Source of the DNA: a virus
Taxonomy: Duplodnaviria > Heunggongvirae > Uroviricota > Caudoviricetes
Direction: 5' to 3' (one strand)
IMG/VR virus record: IMGVR_UViG_2547132278_000018
DNA length: 40,135 bases
This document shows, one piece after another, positions 17,513-26,971 of this stretch. Numbering within the stretch: the stretch's first letter is position 1; each line of letters begins with the position of its first letter. The position numbers and the translations under genes were made by a program. Below the pieces are notes generated by a model. That model made no database searches. It was given only the letters and a program-made list of their open reading frames with translations, and was not told the DNA's origin.

Positions 17513-19242
17513 GCCGGAAATCTTACCCCAACGTAAATGCTGCAAATCAGTATGCCCGGGATGTCGTGCGCGGAAAGATTGTTGCCTGCCAGTTTGTGAT
17601 TCAGGCCTGCCAGCGCCATCTTGATGACCTGATGGCGGAAAAAAGTAAGTCGTTTCGTTACCGCTTCGACAAGGACCTGGCTGAACGGGCCGCGAAATTT
17701 ATTCAGCTGTTGCCGCACACCAAGGGGGAGTGGGCATTCAAACGGATGCCCATCACGCTGGAGCCGTGGCAGCTATTTGTGATCTGCTGTGCGTTTGGCT
17801 GGGTCAATAAAGGCACCCGGTTGCGCCGCTTCCGGGAGGTGTACACCGAAATCCCCCGTAAGAACGGCAAATCAGCAATCTCTGCCGGTGTTGCCCTGTA
17901 TTGTTTTGCCTGTGATAACGAGTTTGGCGCGGAAGTGTATTCCGGTGCCACGACAGAGAAACAGGCGTGGGAAGTCTTTCGCCCGGCGCGACTGATGTGT
18001 AAACGCACACCCATGCTGACGGAAGCGTTCGGGATTGAGGTTAACGCCTCAAACATGAACCGTCCGGAGGATGGCGCGCGGTTTGAACCGCTGATCGGCA
18101 ACCCAGGTGATGGTTCATCACCCCACTGTGCCGTGGTTGATGAATATCACGAGCATGCCACCGATGCGCTTTATACCACAATGCTTACCGGGATGGGGGC
18201 GCGACGTCAGCCACTGATGTGGGCCATCACCACCGCCGGGTACAACATTGAGGGGCCGTGCTACGACAAGCGGCGGGAAGTCATCGAGATGCTCAACGGC
18301 TCGGTGCCTAACGATGAACTGTTCGGGATCATCTATACCGTTGATGAAGGTGACGACTGGACCGACCCGCAGGTGCTGGAAAAAGCCAATCCAAATATTG
18401 GCGTGTCGGTTTATCGCGAATTTTTGTTAAGTCAGCAGCAGCGTGCGAAAAATAACGCCCGTCTGGCAAACGTCTTTAAAACAAAACACCTCAATATCTG
18501 GGTGTCGGCGCGTTCGGCGTATTTCAACCTGGTGAGCTGGCAGAGCTGCGAGGATAAATCACTGACTCTTGAGCAGTTCGAGGGGCAGCCGTGCATTCTG
18601 GCCTTTGACCTGGCGCGTAAGCTGGATATGAACAGCATGGCGCGACTTTATACCCGCGAGATTGACGGTAAAACGCATTACTACAGTGTGGCCCCGCGTT
18701 TCTGGGTACCGTATGACACGGTGTACAGCGTCGAGAAAAATGAAGATCGCCGGACAGCCGAACGCTTTCAGAAATGGGTGGAAATGGGCGTTCTGACCGT
18801 TACCGATGGTGCAGAGGTGGATTATCGCTACATCCTCGAAGAGGCCAAAGCGGCGAACAAAATCAGCCCGGTCAGTGAGTCACCCATCGACCCTTTCGGA
18901 GCGACCGGGCTGTCACATGACCTTGCTGATGAAGACCTGAATCCCGTTACTATCGTCCAGAACTTCGCCAATATGTCCGACCCGATGAAAGAGCTGGAGG
19001 CAGCGATTGAATCGGGACGCTTTCATCATGACGGCAATCCCATCATGACCTGGTGTATCGGCAATGTGGTCGGCAAAAACATGCCAGGTAACGATGATTT
19101 AGTGAAGCCCGTCAAAGAGCAGGCGGAAAACAAAATCGATGGTGCAGTTGCGCTGATTATGGCGGTTGGCAGAGCCATGCTGTACGAGAAAGAAGACACG
19201 CTGTCTGACCACATTGAGTCCTATGGGATCCGCTCGCTTTAA
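17509..19242 (+). CDS. Terminase large subunit
   Basis: 577 aa; ATPase P-loop-like (EIPRKNGKS) and nuclease acidic residues. Confidence 0.93.
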
Positions 19243-19253
19243 CTGAGGTAATT

Positions 19254-19436
19254 ATGATCATGCTGATTCTCGCGCCTCTGGTGGGCGTGCTGGGGGCGCT
19301 TTTGCTGGCGTATGGTGCCTGGCTGATTTATCCCCCGGCGGGGTTTGTTGTTGCCGGGGCGTTGTGTCTGTTCTGGTCGTGGCTGGTGGCGCGATATCTC
19401 GACCGTACACAGTCGTCTGTCGGCGGAGGTAAATAG
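19254..19436 (+). CDS. Small hydrophobic protein between terminase and portal
   Basis: 60 aa, two hydrophobic stretches; tightly packed. Confidence 0.4.
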
Positions 19437-20677
19437 TGTTCTTTTCGGGATTATTTCAACGAAAAAGTGACGCACCGGTGACCACGCCAGCAGAGCTGGC
19501 GGATGTTATCGGGTTGTCCTACGACACCTATACCGGAAAGCAGATCAGCAGCCAGCGGGCCATGCGACTGACGGCGGTTTTTTCCTGTGTCAGGGTGCTG
19601 GCGGAGTCGGTCGGGATGTTGCCCTGCAACCTGTATCACCTGAACGGCAGTCTGAAGCAGAGAGCCGCTGGCGAACGTCTGCATAAGCTGATCTCCACGC
19701 ATCCCAATGGCTATATGACGCCGCAGGAGTTCTGGGAGCTGGTGGTCACCTGTCTGTGCCTGCGGGGAAACTTTTACGCCTACAAAGTGAAAGCATTTGG
19801 CGAAGTGGCTGAACTGCTGCCCGTCGATCCCGGCTGTGTGGTACCGAAGCTTAACAGTAGCTGGGAGCCGGTCTATCAGGTCACATTCCCGGATGGCTCC
19901 ACGGATGTACTGAGCCAGGAGGATATCTGGCATGTGCGCACGCTGACGCTGGACGGACTGGTGGGGCTGAATCCCATCGCCTATGCCCGCGAGGCAATAT
20001 CGCTGGCGGCAGCGACCGAAGAGCACGGGGCCAGACTGTTCAGCAATGGCGCGGTGACGTCGGGTGTGTTGCGTACAGAGCAGACGCTGTCAGATCAGGC
20101 TTATGAGCGCCTGAAGAAAGATTTTGAGGAGCGTCACACCGGGCTTGGCAATGCTCACCGCCCGATGATCCTTGAGATGGGGCTGGACTGGAAGTCGATG
20201 GCGCTGAACGCCGAGGACAGCCAGTTCCTGGAAACCCGCAAGTTTCAGCTTGAAGAAATCTGTCGTCTGTTCCGGGTGCCGTTGCACATGGTGCAGAACA
20301 CCGATCGCGCCACCTTCAACAATATCGAAGAGCTGGGGCTGGGATTTATCAACTATTCACTGGTGCCGTATCTGACCCGCATCGAACAGCGGATCAACAC
20401 CGGACTGGTACGAAAAAGTAAGCAGGGCGTTTATTACGCCAAATTTAACGCCGGGGCGTTACTGCGCGGGGATATGAAGTCCCGTTTTGAAGCCTACGCC
20501 ACCGGGATCAACTGGGGAATTTACTCTCCCAATGACTGCCGCGACCTGGAAGATATGAATCCACGACCCGGTGGTGATGTCTATCTCACACCGATGAACA
20601 TGACCACGAAACCCTCCGATGGCAGTAAAGCCGGTAAGCAGAAGGATAACGCCAATGCAGACGAAACAACGTCTTGA
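19436..20677 (+). CDS. Portal protein (HK97 family)
   Basis: 413 aa, position after TerL, portal-type composition. Confidence 0.88.
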   Translation: MFFSGLFQRKSDAPVTTPAELADVIGLSYDTYTGKQISSQRAMRLTAVFSCVRVLAESVGMLPCNLYHLNGSLKQRAAGERLHKLISTHPNGYMTPQEFWELVVTCLCLRGNFYAYKVKAFGEVAELLPVDPGCVVPKLNSSWEPVYQVTFPDGSTDVLSQEDIWHVRTLTLDGLVGLNPIAYAREAISLAAATEEHGARLFSNGAVTSGVLRTEQTLSDQAYERLKKDFEERHTGLGNAHRPMILEMGLDWKSMALNAEDSQFLETRKFQLEEICRLFRVPLHMVQNTDRATFNNIEELGLGFINYSLVPYLTRIEQRINTGLVRKSKQGVYYAKFNAGALLRGDMKSRFEAYATGINWGIYSPNDCRDLEDMNPRPGGDVYLTPMNMTTKPSDGSKAGKQKDNANADETTS

Positions 20678-21305
20678 TGTACCGCTGAGTCTGAAATCTG
20701 TCAGTGACTCCGGTGAGTTTGAAGGGTATGGCTCCGTCTTTGGTGTAAAGGACAGCCACGATGATGTGGTGATGTCCGGGGCATTTGCTGCTTCCCTGCG
20801 GGCGTGGAGTGACAGAAAAGCGTTACCTGCGCTGCTCTGGCAGCACCGCATGGATGAACCCATCGGTGTTTACACCGAAATGAAGGAAGACGATGTCGGG
20901 CTTTACGTCAGGGGACGGTTGCTTATTGATGATGATCCCCTCGCAAAACGCGCACATGCACACATGAAGGCCGGTTCGTTAACCGGCCTTTCTATTGGGT
21001 ACGTCCTGAAAGACTGGGAATACGACCGGAGCAAAGAAGCCTTTCTGCTGAAAGAAATCGACCTCTGGGAAGTCAGCCTGGTGACGTTCCCGTCTAACGA
21101 CGAGGCGCGGATCAGCGACGTCAAGAACGCACTGGCCCGCGGGGAAATCCCCGAACAGAAAAAAATCGAAAGAGTCCTGCGTGATGTCGGACTCTCCCGT
21201 ACCCAGGCCAAAGCATTCATGGCCGGGGGCTATGGCGCACTGTCCCTGCGCGACGCTGAGGATGTGGGCTCTGCACTGAATGCACTGAAAAATCTGAACT
21301 TCTAA
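20655..21305 (+). CDS. Prohead protease (HK97 family)
   Basis: Start at MQTKQRL with AAGGA RBS; GSVFGVKDSHDDVV motif region. Confidence 0.8.
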   Translation: MQTKQRLDVPLSLKSVSDSGEFEGYGSVFGVKDSHDDVVMSGAFAASLRAWSDRKALPALLWQHRMDEPIGVYTEMKEDDVGLYVRGRLLIDDDPLAKRAHAHMKAGSLTGLSIGYVLKDWEYDRSKEAFLLKEIDLWEVSLVTFPSNDEARISDVKNALARGEIPEQKKIERVLRDVGLSRTQAKAFMAGGYGALSLRDAEDVGSALNALKNLNF

Positions 21306-21319
21306 TCAGGAGAAATACG

Positions 21320-22525
21320 ATGGCGGTTGATATTAAAGATGTCGAACAGGTCGCGCAGGAGCTGCAGCAGAAGTTTGACGACTTCAAAGCAAAGAACGAC
21401 AAGCGCGTGGATGCGATTGAGCAGGAAAAAGGCAAGCTTGCCGGGCAGGTGGAAACCCTGAACGGGAAACTCAGCGAGCTGGAAAATCTCAAAAGCGACC
21501 TTGAAAAAGAACTGCTTGAGCTGAAACGTCCGGCAGGTGGAGCGCAAAATAAACTGGCCACCGAGCATAAAGAGGCGTTTGTGGGCTTCCTGCGTAAAGG
21601 CCGTGAAGACGGTCTGCGCGATCTGGAGCGTAAGGCATTGCAGGTGGGTACCGATGAAGACGGTGGCTACGCCGTGCCGGAAGAACTGGATCGCAACATT
21701 CTTAACCTGCTGAAAGATGAAGTGGTGATGCGTCAGGAAGCCACGGTGATCACCGTTGGCGGTTCCGACTACAAAAAACTGGTGAATCTGGGCGGTACGG
21801 CTTCCGGATGGGTGGGGGAAACGGATACGCGATCCCAGACTGCCACCTCCAGACTGGAGCTGATTGAACCTCTCATGGGGGAAATCTACGGCAACCCGCA
21901 GGCTACCCAGAAAATGCTGGACGATGCCTTCTTCAACGTGGAGGCCTGGATCAACAGCGAGCTGGCAACCGAATTTGCCGAACAGGAAGAAATTGCCTTT
22001 ACCTCAGGCAATGGCACCAAGAAGCCGAAAGGGTTCCTGGCGTATGAATCCACTGATGAAACCGACAAGGTCCGGGCGTTCGGCAAACTTCAGCATATTG
22101 TATCCGGCGAAGCGACCGCGGTGACCGCAGACGCCATTATCAAACTGATTTACACGCTGCGTAAGGCACACCGCACTGGCGCGAAGTTCATGATGAACAA
22201 CAACAGCCTGTTTGCCATACGTCTGCTGAAAGACACCGAGGGTAACTATCTGTGGCGTCCGGGGCTGGAACTGGGGCAGCCGTCCTCTCTGGCGGGTTAC
22301 GGTATCGCTGAAAACGAACAGATGCCGGATATCGCCGCTGATGCGAAAGCCATTGCATTTGGTAACTTCAAACGGGGTTACACCATCGTTGACCGTATCG
22401 GCACCCGCATTCTGCGTGACCCGTACACCAATAAACCGTTTGTCGGTTTTTATACCACCAAGCGCACCGGCGGGATGCTGGTCGATTCGCAGGCCATCAA
22501 ACTGCTGAAGATTGCAGCGGCGTAA
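21320..22525 (+). CDS. Major capsid protein (HK97 fold) with N-terminal coiled-coil delta/scaffold domain
   Basis: 401 aa; N-terminal about 100 aa heptad-like, K/E/L-rich. Confidence 0.88.
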   Translation: MAVDIKDVEQVAQELQQKFDDFKAKNDKRVDAIEQEKGKLAGQVETLNGKLSELENLKSDLEKELLELKRPAGGAQNKLATEHKEAFVGFLRKGREDGLRDLERKALQVGTDEDGGYAVPEELDRNILNLLKDEVVMRQEATVITVGGSDYKKLVNLGGTASGWVGETDTRSQTATSRLELIEPLMGEIYGNPQATQKMLDDAFFNVEAWINSELATEFAEQEEIAFTSGNGTKKPKGFLAYESTDETDKVRAFGKLQHIVSGEATAVTADAIIKLIYTLRKAHRTGAKFMMNNNSLFAIRLLKDTEGNYLWRPGLELGQPSSLAGYGIAENEQMPDIAADAKAIAFGNFKRGYTIVDRIGTRILRDPYTNKPFVGFYTTKRTGGMLVDSQAIKLLKIAAA

Positions 22526-22574
22526 TCACTCAGGGGCGCGGAACCGCGCCCCCTGTTCTGACGGGTGAAGAATC

Positions 22575-22775
22575 ATGATCCTGAAACAAGATCTGAAATG
22601 GTCACCGGACGGTATGCGTGTTGAGGTCATTCGGGCCGGTGAGTATGACGACGGGGCGCTTCCTGCCCGGGTGCAGGAGATTGCACTTCAGGCCGGGTTA
22701 GCAGAGCGCGGAATCAGTGCAAAAAGCAGTAAAGCGGCAAAAGAGAAAAAAGCCACGACCAGTAAAGAGGGCTGA
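22575..22775 (+). CDS. Small hypothetical head-region protein
   Basis: 66 aa, Lys-rich tail. Confidence 0.4.
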   Translation: MILKQDLKWSPDGMRVEVIRAGEYDDGALPARVQEIALQAGLAERGISAKSSKAAKEKKATTSKEG

Positions 22776-22777
22776 GT

Positions 22778-23101
22778 ATGCTTCTGACAATGGAAGAGAT
22801 TAAAGCCCAACTCCGGCTGGATGAGGATTTCGATGCTGATGACCGCCATCTGCAACTGCTGGCCTGTGCGGCACAAAAGCGGACGGAAACGTATCTGAAC
22901 CGGAAGCTCTATGCACCGGATGAAACCATTCCGGACAGCGATCCGGACGGGCTGCACCTGCCGGATGATATTCGTCTGGGGATGCTGATGCTTATCAGCC
23001 ATTTTTACGAAAACCGCTCGTCGGTTACGGAAGTGGAGAAACTCGACATGCCGCAGAGTTTTGGCTGGCTTGTCGGCCCGTACAGGTACTTTCCGCAATG
23101 A
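22778..23101 (+). CDS. Head-tail connector (gp6-like)
   Basis: 107 aa, position and size. Confidence 0.7.
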   Translation: MLLTMEEIKAQLRLDEDFDADDRHLQLLACAAQKRTETYLNRKLYAPDETIPDSDPDGLHLPDDIRLGMLMLISHFYENRSSVTEVEKLDMPQSFGWLVGPYRYFPQ

Positions 23102-23508
23102 AAATTCGTCAGGCGCAGACCAGCGCAACCTACATTCTGCCGGACCCCGGTGAACTGAATAAACGCGTCCTGATCCGCCAGCGGGTGGATATGCCCGCGG
23201 ATAACTTTGGCGTGGAGCCTCAATACCCGGTTACGTTCCGGACATGGGCGAAGGTTATCCAGACCAGTGCCACCACCTGGCAGGAAACCGCGCAGACCGG
23301 GGACGCCATCACCCATTACATCACCATTCGTTACCGCCGGGGGATCACTGCTGATTATGAGGTGGTCTGTGATGACAGTGTGTACCGGGTGAAACGTCAG
23401 CGTGATCTGAACGGGGCGCGGCGCTTTCTGCTGCTGGAGTGTACGGAGCTGGGCGAATGTAGGCAGAGTCACGGAGGCAGCAATGGCGACTCCCTTTTTT
23501 CACGTTGA
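23098..23508 (+). CDS. Head closure / head-tail adaptor protein
   Basis: 136 aa, overlapping start. Confidence 0.65.
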   Translation: MKIRQAQTSATYILPDPGELNKRVLIRQRVDMPADNFGVEPQYPVTFRTWAKVIQTSATTWQETAQTGDAITHYITIRYRRGITADYEVVCDDSVYRVKRQRDLNGARRFLLLECTELGECRQSHGGSNGDSLFSR

Positions 23509-23989
23509 TGTTCAGCAGCCCGCCGAGATGCGCTTTAACCGCGCCCGTGTCCGGAGGGCGTTTGTCACGATTGGGCAGCGTCATATGCGTGATGCCCGTC
23601 GGCTGGTGATGCGCCGTGCGCGGTCGGCACCGGGTGAAAACCCCGGTTATCAGACCGGACGCCTGGCTCGTTCGATTGGTTATATGGTGCCGAGAGCCAG
23701 TAAAAAGCGAGCCGGTTTTATGACACGCATTGCCCCTAACCAGCGCAACGGGAAGGGGAACCGGATGATCTCTGGTGACTTCTATCCGGCGTTTCTGTTT
23801 TTTGGTGTCCGGGGAGGAGCAAAACGTCGTCGTAGTCATCATCGTGGTGCATCCGGTGGCAGCGGCTGGCGACTGGCTCCACGTAATAACTTCATGGTGG
23901 AAACTCTTGAAAAGAACCGCAGCTGGACACGCTATTTTCTGGCGCGGGAATTGCGTAAATCACTGAAGCCGGAGAGACGACACAGATGA
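23483..23989 (+). CDS. Virion morphogenesis protein (tail-joining region)
   Basis: 168 aa, basic. Confidence 0.55.
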   Translation: MATPFFHVDVQQPAEMRFNRARVRRAFVTIGQRHMRDARRLVMRRARSAPGENPGYQTGRLARSIGYMVPRASKKRAGFMTRIAPNQRNGKGNRMISGDFYPAFLFFGVRGGAKRRRSHHRGASGGSGWRLAPRNNFMVETLEKNRSWTRYFLARELRKSLKPERRHR

Positions 23990-24546
23990 AACTGACGCCT
24001 GTTATTGCTGCGCTGCGTGCCCGCTGCCCGTATTTTGAAAACCGGGTGGCAGGCGCGGCACAGTTCAAAAATCTGCCGGAGGTCGGAAAGCTGAGACTCC
24101 CGGCGGCGTATGTGGTACCGGGTGATGACTCTCCGGGAGAAAACAAAAGCCAGACCGACTACTGGCAGGAGCTGAAAGAGGGCTTCTCCGTGGTTGTCAT
24201 ACTGAGTAACGGGCGTGATGAGCGCGGTCAGTTTGCCTCGTATGATGTGGTGGACGATGTCCGGCAGATGCTCTTTAAGGCCCTGCTGGGCTGGAACCCG
24301 GAAGCGTGCGGTAACCCGATTACCTATGACGGCGGCACGCTGCTGGATCTGAATCGTCATGAGCTGATTTATCAGTTCGATTTTTCGGTCATCAGCGAGC
24401 TGACTGAAGACGATACCCGCCAGCAGGATGATCTGAACAGTCTGGATGAACTGCAAACGCTGGCGATTGATGTTGATTATCTCGAGCCCGGTAACGGGCC
24501 TGACGGCGATATCGAACATCACACCGAAATAACCCTTCCTTCCTGA
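23986..24546 (+). CDS. Tail-associated protein (tail terminator/completion candidate)
   Basis: 186 aa, acidic C-terminus. Confidence 0.55.
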   Translation: MKLTPVIAALRARCPYFENRVAGAAQFKNLPEVGKLRLPAAYVVPGDDSPGENKSQTDYWQELKEGFSVVVILSNGRDERGQFASYDVVDDVRQMLFKALLGWNPEACGNPITYDGGTLLDLNRHELIYQFDFSVISELTEDDTRQQDDLNSLDELQTLAIDVDYLEPGNGPDGDIEHHTEITLPS

Positions 24547-24554
24547 GAATCTTC

Positions 24555-24725
24555 ATGTTTGTGAAACCTGTTAAAGGGCGGTCAGTGCCTGACCCTGCCC
24601 GCGGTGACCTTTTGCCCGTCGAAGGGCGAAATGTTGACGAGAACAACTACTGGCTGCGCCGTGAAGCAGCGGGTGATATCCGGCGCGTGAATAAAAAGGT
24701 GAACACCGATGACGATAAGCTTTAA
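24555..24725 (+). CDS. Small conserved protein upstream of tail sheath (DUF2635-like), missed by the ORF track
   Basis: ATG at 24555, 56 aa: MFVKPVKGRSVPDPARGDLLPVEGRNVDENNYWLRREAAGDIRRVNKKVNTDDDKL. Confidence 0.45.
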   Translation: MFVKPVKGRSVPDPARGDLLPVEGRNVDENNYWLRREAAGDIRRVNKKVNTDDDKL

Positions 24726-26205
24726 CACCATTCCGTCGAATACGCTGGTTCCGCTGTTTTATGCGGAAATGGATAACCAGGCGGCGAATACTGCACAGGA
24801 CAGCGGAGCATCGCTGCTGATTGGTCATGCCAATAACGGTGCAGAGATTGTTGCCAACAGTCTGGTACTGATGTCGTCGGCAGACTATGCACGCCAGATT
24901 TGTGGTGCGGGAAGTCAGCTGGCGCGTATGGTCGAGGCTTATCGCCAGACTGACCCGTTTGGCGAGCTGTATGTGATTGCCGTTCCTGAATCCACAGGCG
25001 CGGCGGCAACGGTTACGCTGACGGTGACCGGGGCGGCAACCGAAACCGGCACGGTGAATGTGTATGTGGGACGTACCCGCGTGCAGGCACCGGTGACTAA
25101 CGGCGATAACGTCACGATGATTGCCAGCAGTATCCAGGATGCCATCAATGCCGTTCCGACCCTGCCGTTTACGGCTTCATCTTCGGCAGGCGTGGTCACA
25201 CTGACCGCGCGTCATAAGGGGCTTTGCGGGAATGAAATTCCTGTCAGCCTCAATTACTACGGCTTTGGTGGGGGCGAAGTGCTGCCAGCGGGCGTACAGA
25301 TTGCCGTGGCGACGGGTACCGCCGGAACGGGTGCTCCGGTTCTCACCGGCGCGGTGGCTGCAATGGCGGATGAGCCGTTTGATTATATCGGCCTGCCGTT
25401 CAACGACACGGCCTCCGTTAACACGCTGGTGACCGAGATGAACGATACCAGCGGTCGCTGGAGCTATGCGCGTCAGCTGTACGGTCATGTGTATACGGCA
25501 AAGATCGGCACGCTGTCAGAACTGGTGACCGCTGGTGACCAGTTTAACCAGCAGCACATTACCCTGGCGGGGTACGAAAAAGAGACCCAGACGCCTGCCG
25601 ACGAGCTGGCGGCAAGCCGTACCGCCCGCGCAGCGGTGTTTATCCGCAACGATCCGGCACGTCCCACGCAGACCGGTGAGCTGGTGGGTATGCTGCCTGC
25701 GCCGAAGGGGAAACGGTTCACGATGACCGAGCAGCAGACCCTGTTGTCTCATGGCGTGGCAACGGCGTATGTCGAAAGCGGGGTGCTGCGCATTCAGCGT
25801 GATGTCACCACGTACAGGAAAAATTCTTACGGGGTTGCGGATAACAGCTACCTCGACAGCGAGACGCTGCATACCAGTGCGTATGTACTGCGCAAACTGA
25901 AATCCGTCATTACCAGTAAGTACGGGCGTCACAAGCTTGCCAGCGACGGTACCCGCTTTGGTCCCGGTCAGGCGATTGTCACCCCGGCGGTAATCAAAGG
26001 GGAACTGCTGGCAACCTACCGTCAGCTTGAGCGTGCGGGGATCGTGGAAAACTACGAACTGTTTAAGCAGTACTTGGTTGTGGAGCGTGATGCCAGCGAT
26101 CCGAACCGCCTGAACACGCTGTTCCCGCCTGACTATGTTAACCAGTTGCGTGTTTTTGCCGTGGTTAACCAGTTCCGTCTTCAGTATTCAGAGGAGTCTG
26201 CATAA
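24709..26205 (+). CDS. Tail sheath protein (Mu-like contractile tail)
   Basis: 498 aa, followed by tube gene. Confidence 0.85.
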   Translation: MTISFNTIPSNTLVPLFYAEMDNQAANTAQDSGASLLIGHANNGAEIVANSLVLMSSADYARQICGAGSQLARMVEAYRQTDPFGELYVIAVPESTGAAATVTLTVTGAATETGTVNVYVGRTRVQAPVTNGDNVTMIASSIQDAINAVPTLPFTASSSAGVVTLTARHKGLCGNEIPVSLNYYGFGGGEVLPAGVQIAVATGTAGTGAPVLTGAVAAMADEPFDYIGLPFNDTASVNTLVTEMNDTSGRWSYARQLYGHVYTAKIGTLSELVTAGDQFNQQHITLAGYEKETQTPADELAASRTARAAVFIRNDPARPTQTGELVGMLPAPKGKRFTMTEQQTLLSHGVATAYVESGVLRIQRDVTTYRKNSYGVADNSYLDSETLHTSAYVLRKLKSVITSKYGRHKLASDGTRFGPGQAIVTPAVIKGELLATYRQLERAGIVENYELFKQYLVVERDASDPNRLNTLFPPDYVNQLRVFAVVNQFRLQYSEESA

Positions 26206-26561
26206 TGGCCCGTATCGGGGGAACCTGTTATTTCAAAATTGACGGTCAGCAGCTATCGCTGACCGGCGGCATTGAGGTGCCCATGAACAGGACGGTCAAT
26301 GATGACATCATCGGCCTGGACGGTTCAGTGGACCGCAAGGAAACTCACCGTGCGCCTTATGTCAAAGGGACCTTCAAGGTGCCGAAGAATTTTCCGGTGA
26401 GCAAAATCACCTCGTCTGATGAGATGACCATCACTGCTGAGCTGGCGAACGGTCAGGTCTATGTATTGTCGTCAGCCTGGCTGCACGGCGAAGCGAACCA
26501 TAATGCCGAAGAAGGCACGGTTGATCTTGAGTTCCACGGTGAAGAAGGGGATTACCAGTAA
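26205..26561 (+). CDS. Tail tube protein
   Basis: 118 aa, start overlaps sheath stop. Confidence 0.8.
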   Translation: MARIGGTCYFKIDGQQLSLTGGIEVPMNRTVNDDIIGLDGSVDRKETHRAPYVKGTFKVPKNFPVSKITSSDEMTITAELANGQVYVLSSAWLHGEANHNAEEGTVDLEFHGEEGDYQ

Positions 26562-26830
26562 TGAAAGAGCTTGAGTTAAAGAAACCGATTACCGCTCATG
26601 GCGAGACACTCTCCGTACTGGAGTTTGATGAGCCCACCGGGAAAGATGTCCGCGAGCTGGGGTATCCCTACCAGATGAATCAGGATGAGTCCGTCAGACT
26701 TCTGGCGCATGTTGTATCGAAATACATTGTGCGGCTGGCGAAAGTGCCGCAAAGCTCTGTCGACCAGATGTCTCCGGCAGACCTGAATGCAGCGGCGTGG
26801 CTTGTGGCTGGTTTTTTCCTCCAGGCCTGA
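26561..26830 (+). CDS. Tail assembly chaperone (G); -1 frameshift extension to 26985 (GT-like)
   Basis: 89 aa; slippery T-TTT-TTC at 26812-26818 in the zero frame; -1 frame continues FFPPGLTAEYLTDRFF... to 26985. Confidence 0.7.
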   Translation: MKELELKKPITAHGETLSVLEFDEPTGKDVRELGYPYQMNQDESVRLLAHVVSKYIVRLAKVPQSSVDQMSPADLNAAAWLVAGFFLQA

Positions 26831-26971
26831 CGGCTGAATACCTCACTGATCGCTTCTTTGACTGCGCCAGCTACTGGCGCATTAATCCCTTCGAATTGCT
26901 GAATATGCCGATCAGTGAAATTCCCTTGCTGGTCAGTCAGGCAAACAGGATAGAGCAGGAGAAACGCGCAC

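Noticed and set aside
20903-21561. Minus-strand ORFs (20903-21220, 21217-21561, 21302-21568) antisense to the protease and capsid genes
   Set aside because: Shadow ORFs within well-supported plus-strand structural genes; low-complexity Ser/Arg-rich translations.
23345-24522. Long minus-strand ORFs antisense to tail-joining genes
   Set aside because: Arg/His-rich translations, no RBS, fully embedded in plus-strand genes with operon-typical start/stop overlaps.
25177-25932. Minus-strand ORFs inside the tail sheath gene
   Set aside because: Antisense shadow ORFs in a GC-rich gene; composition not protein-like.
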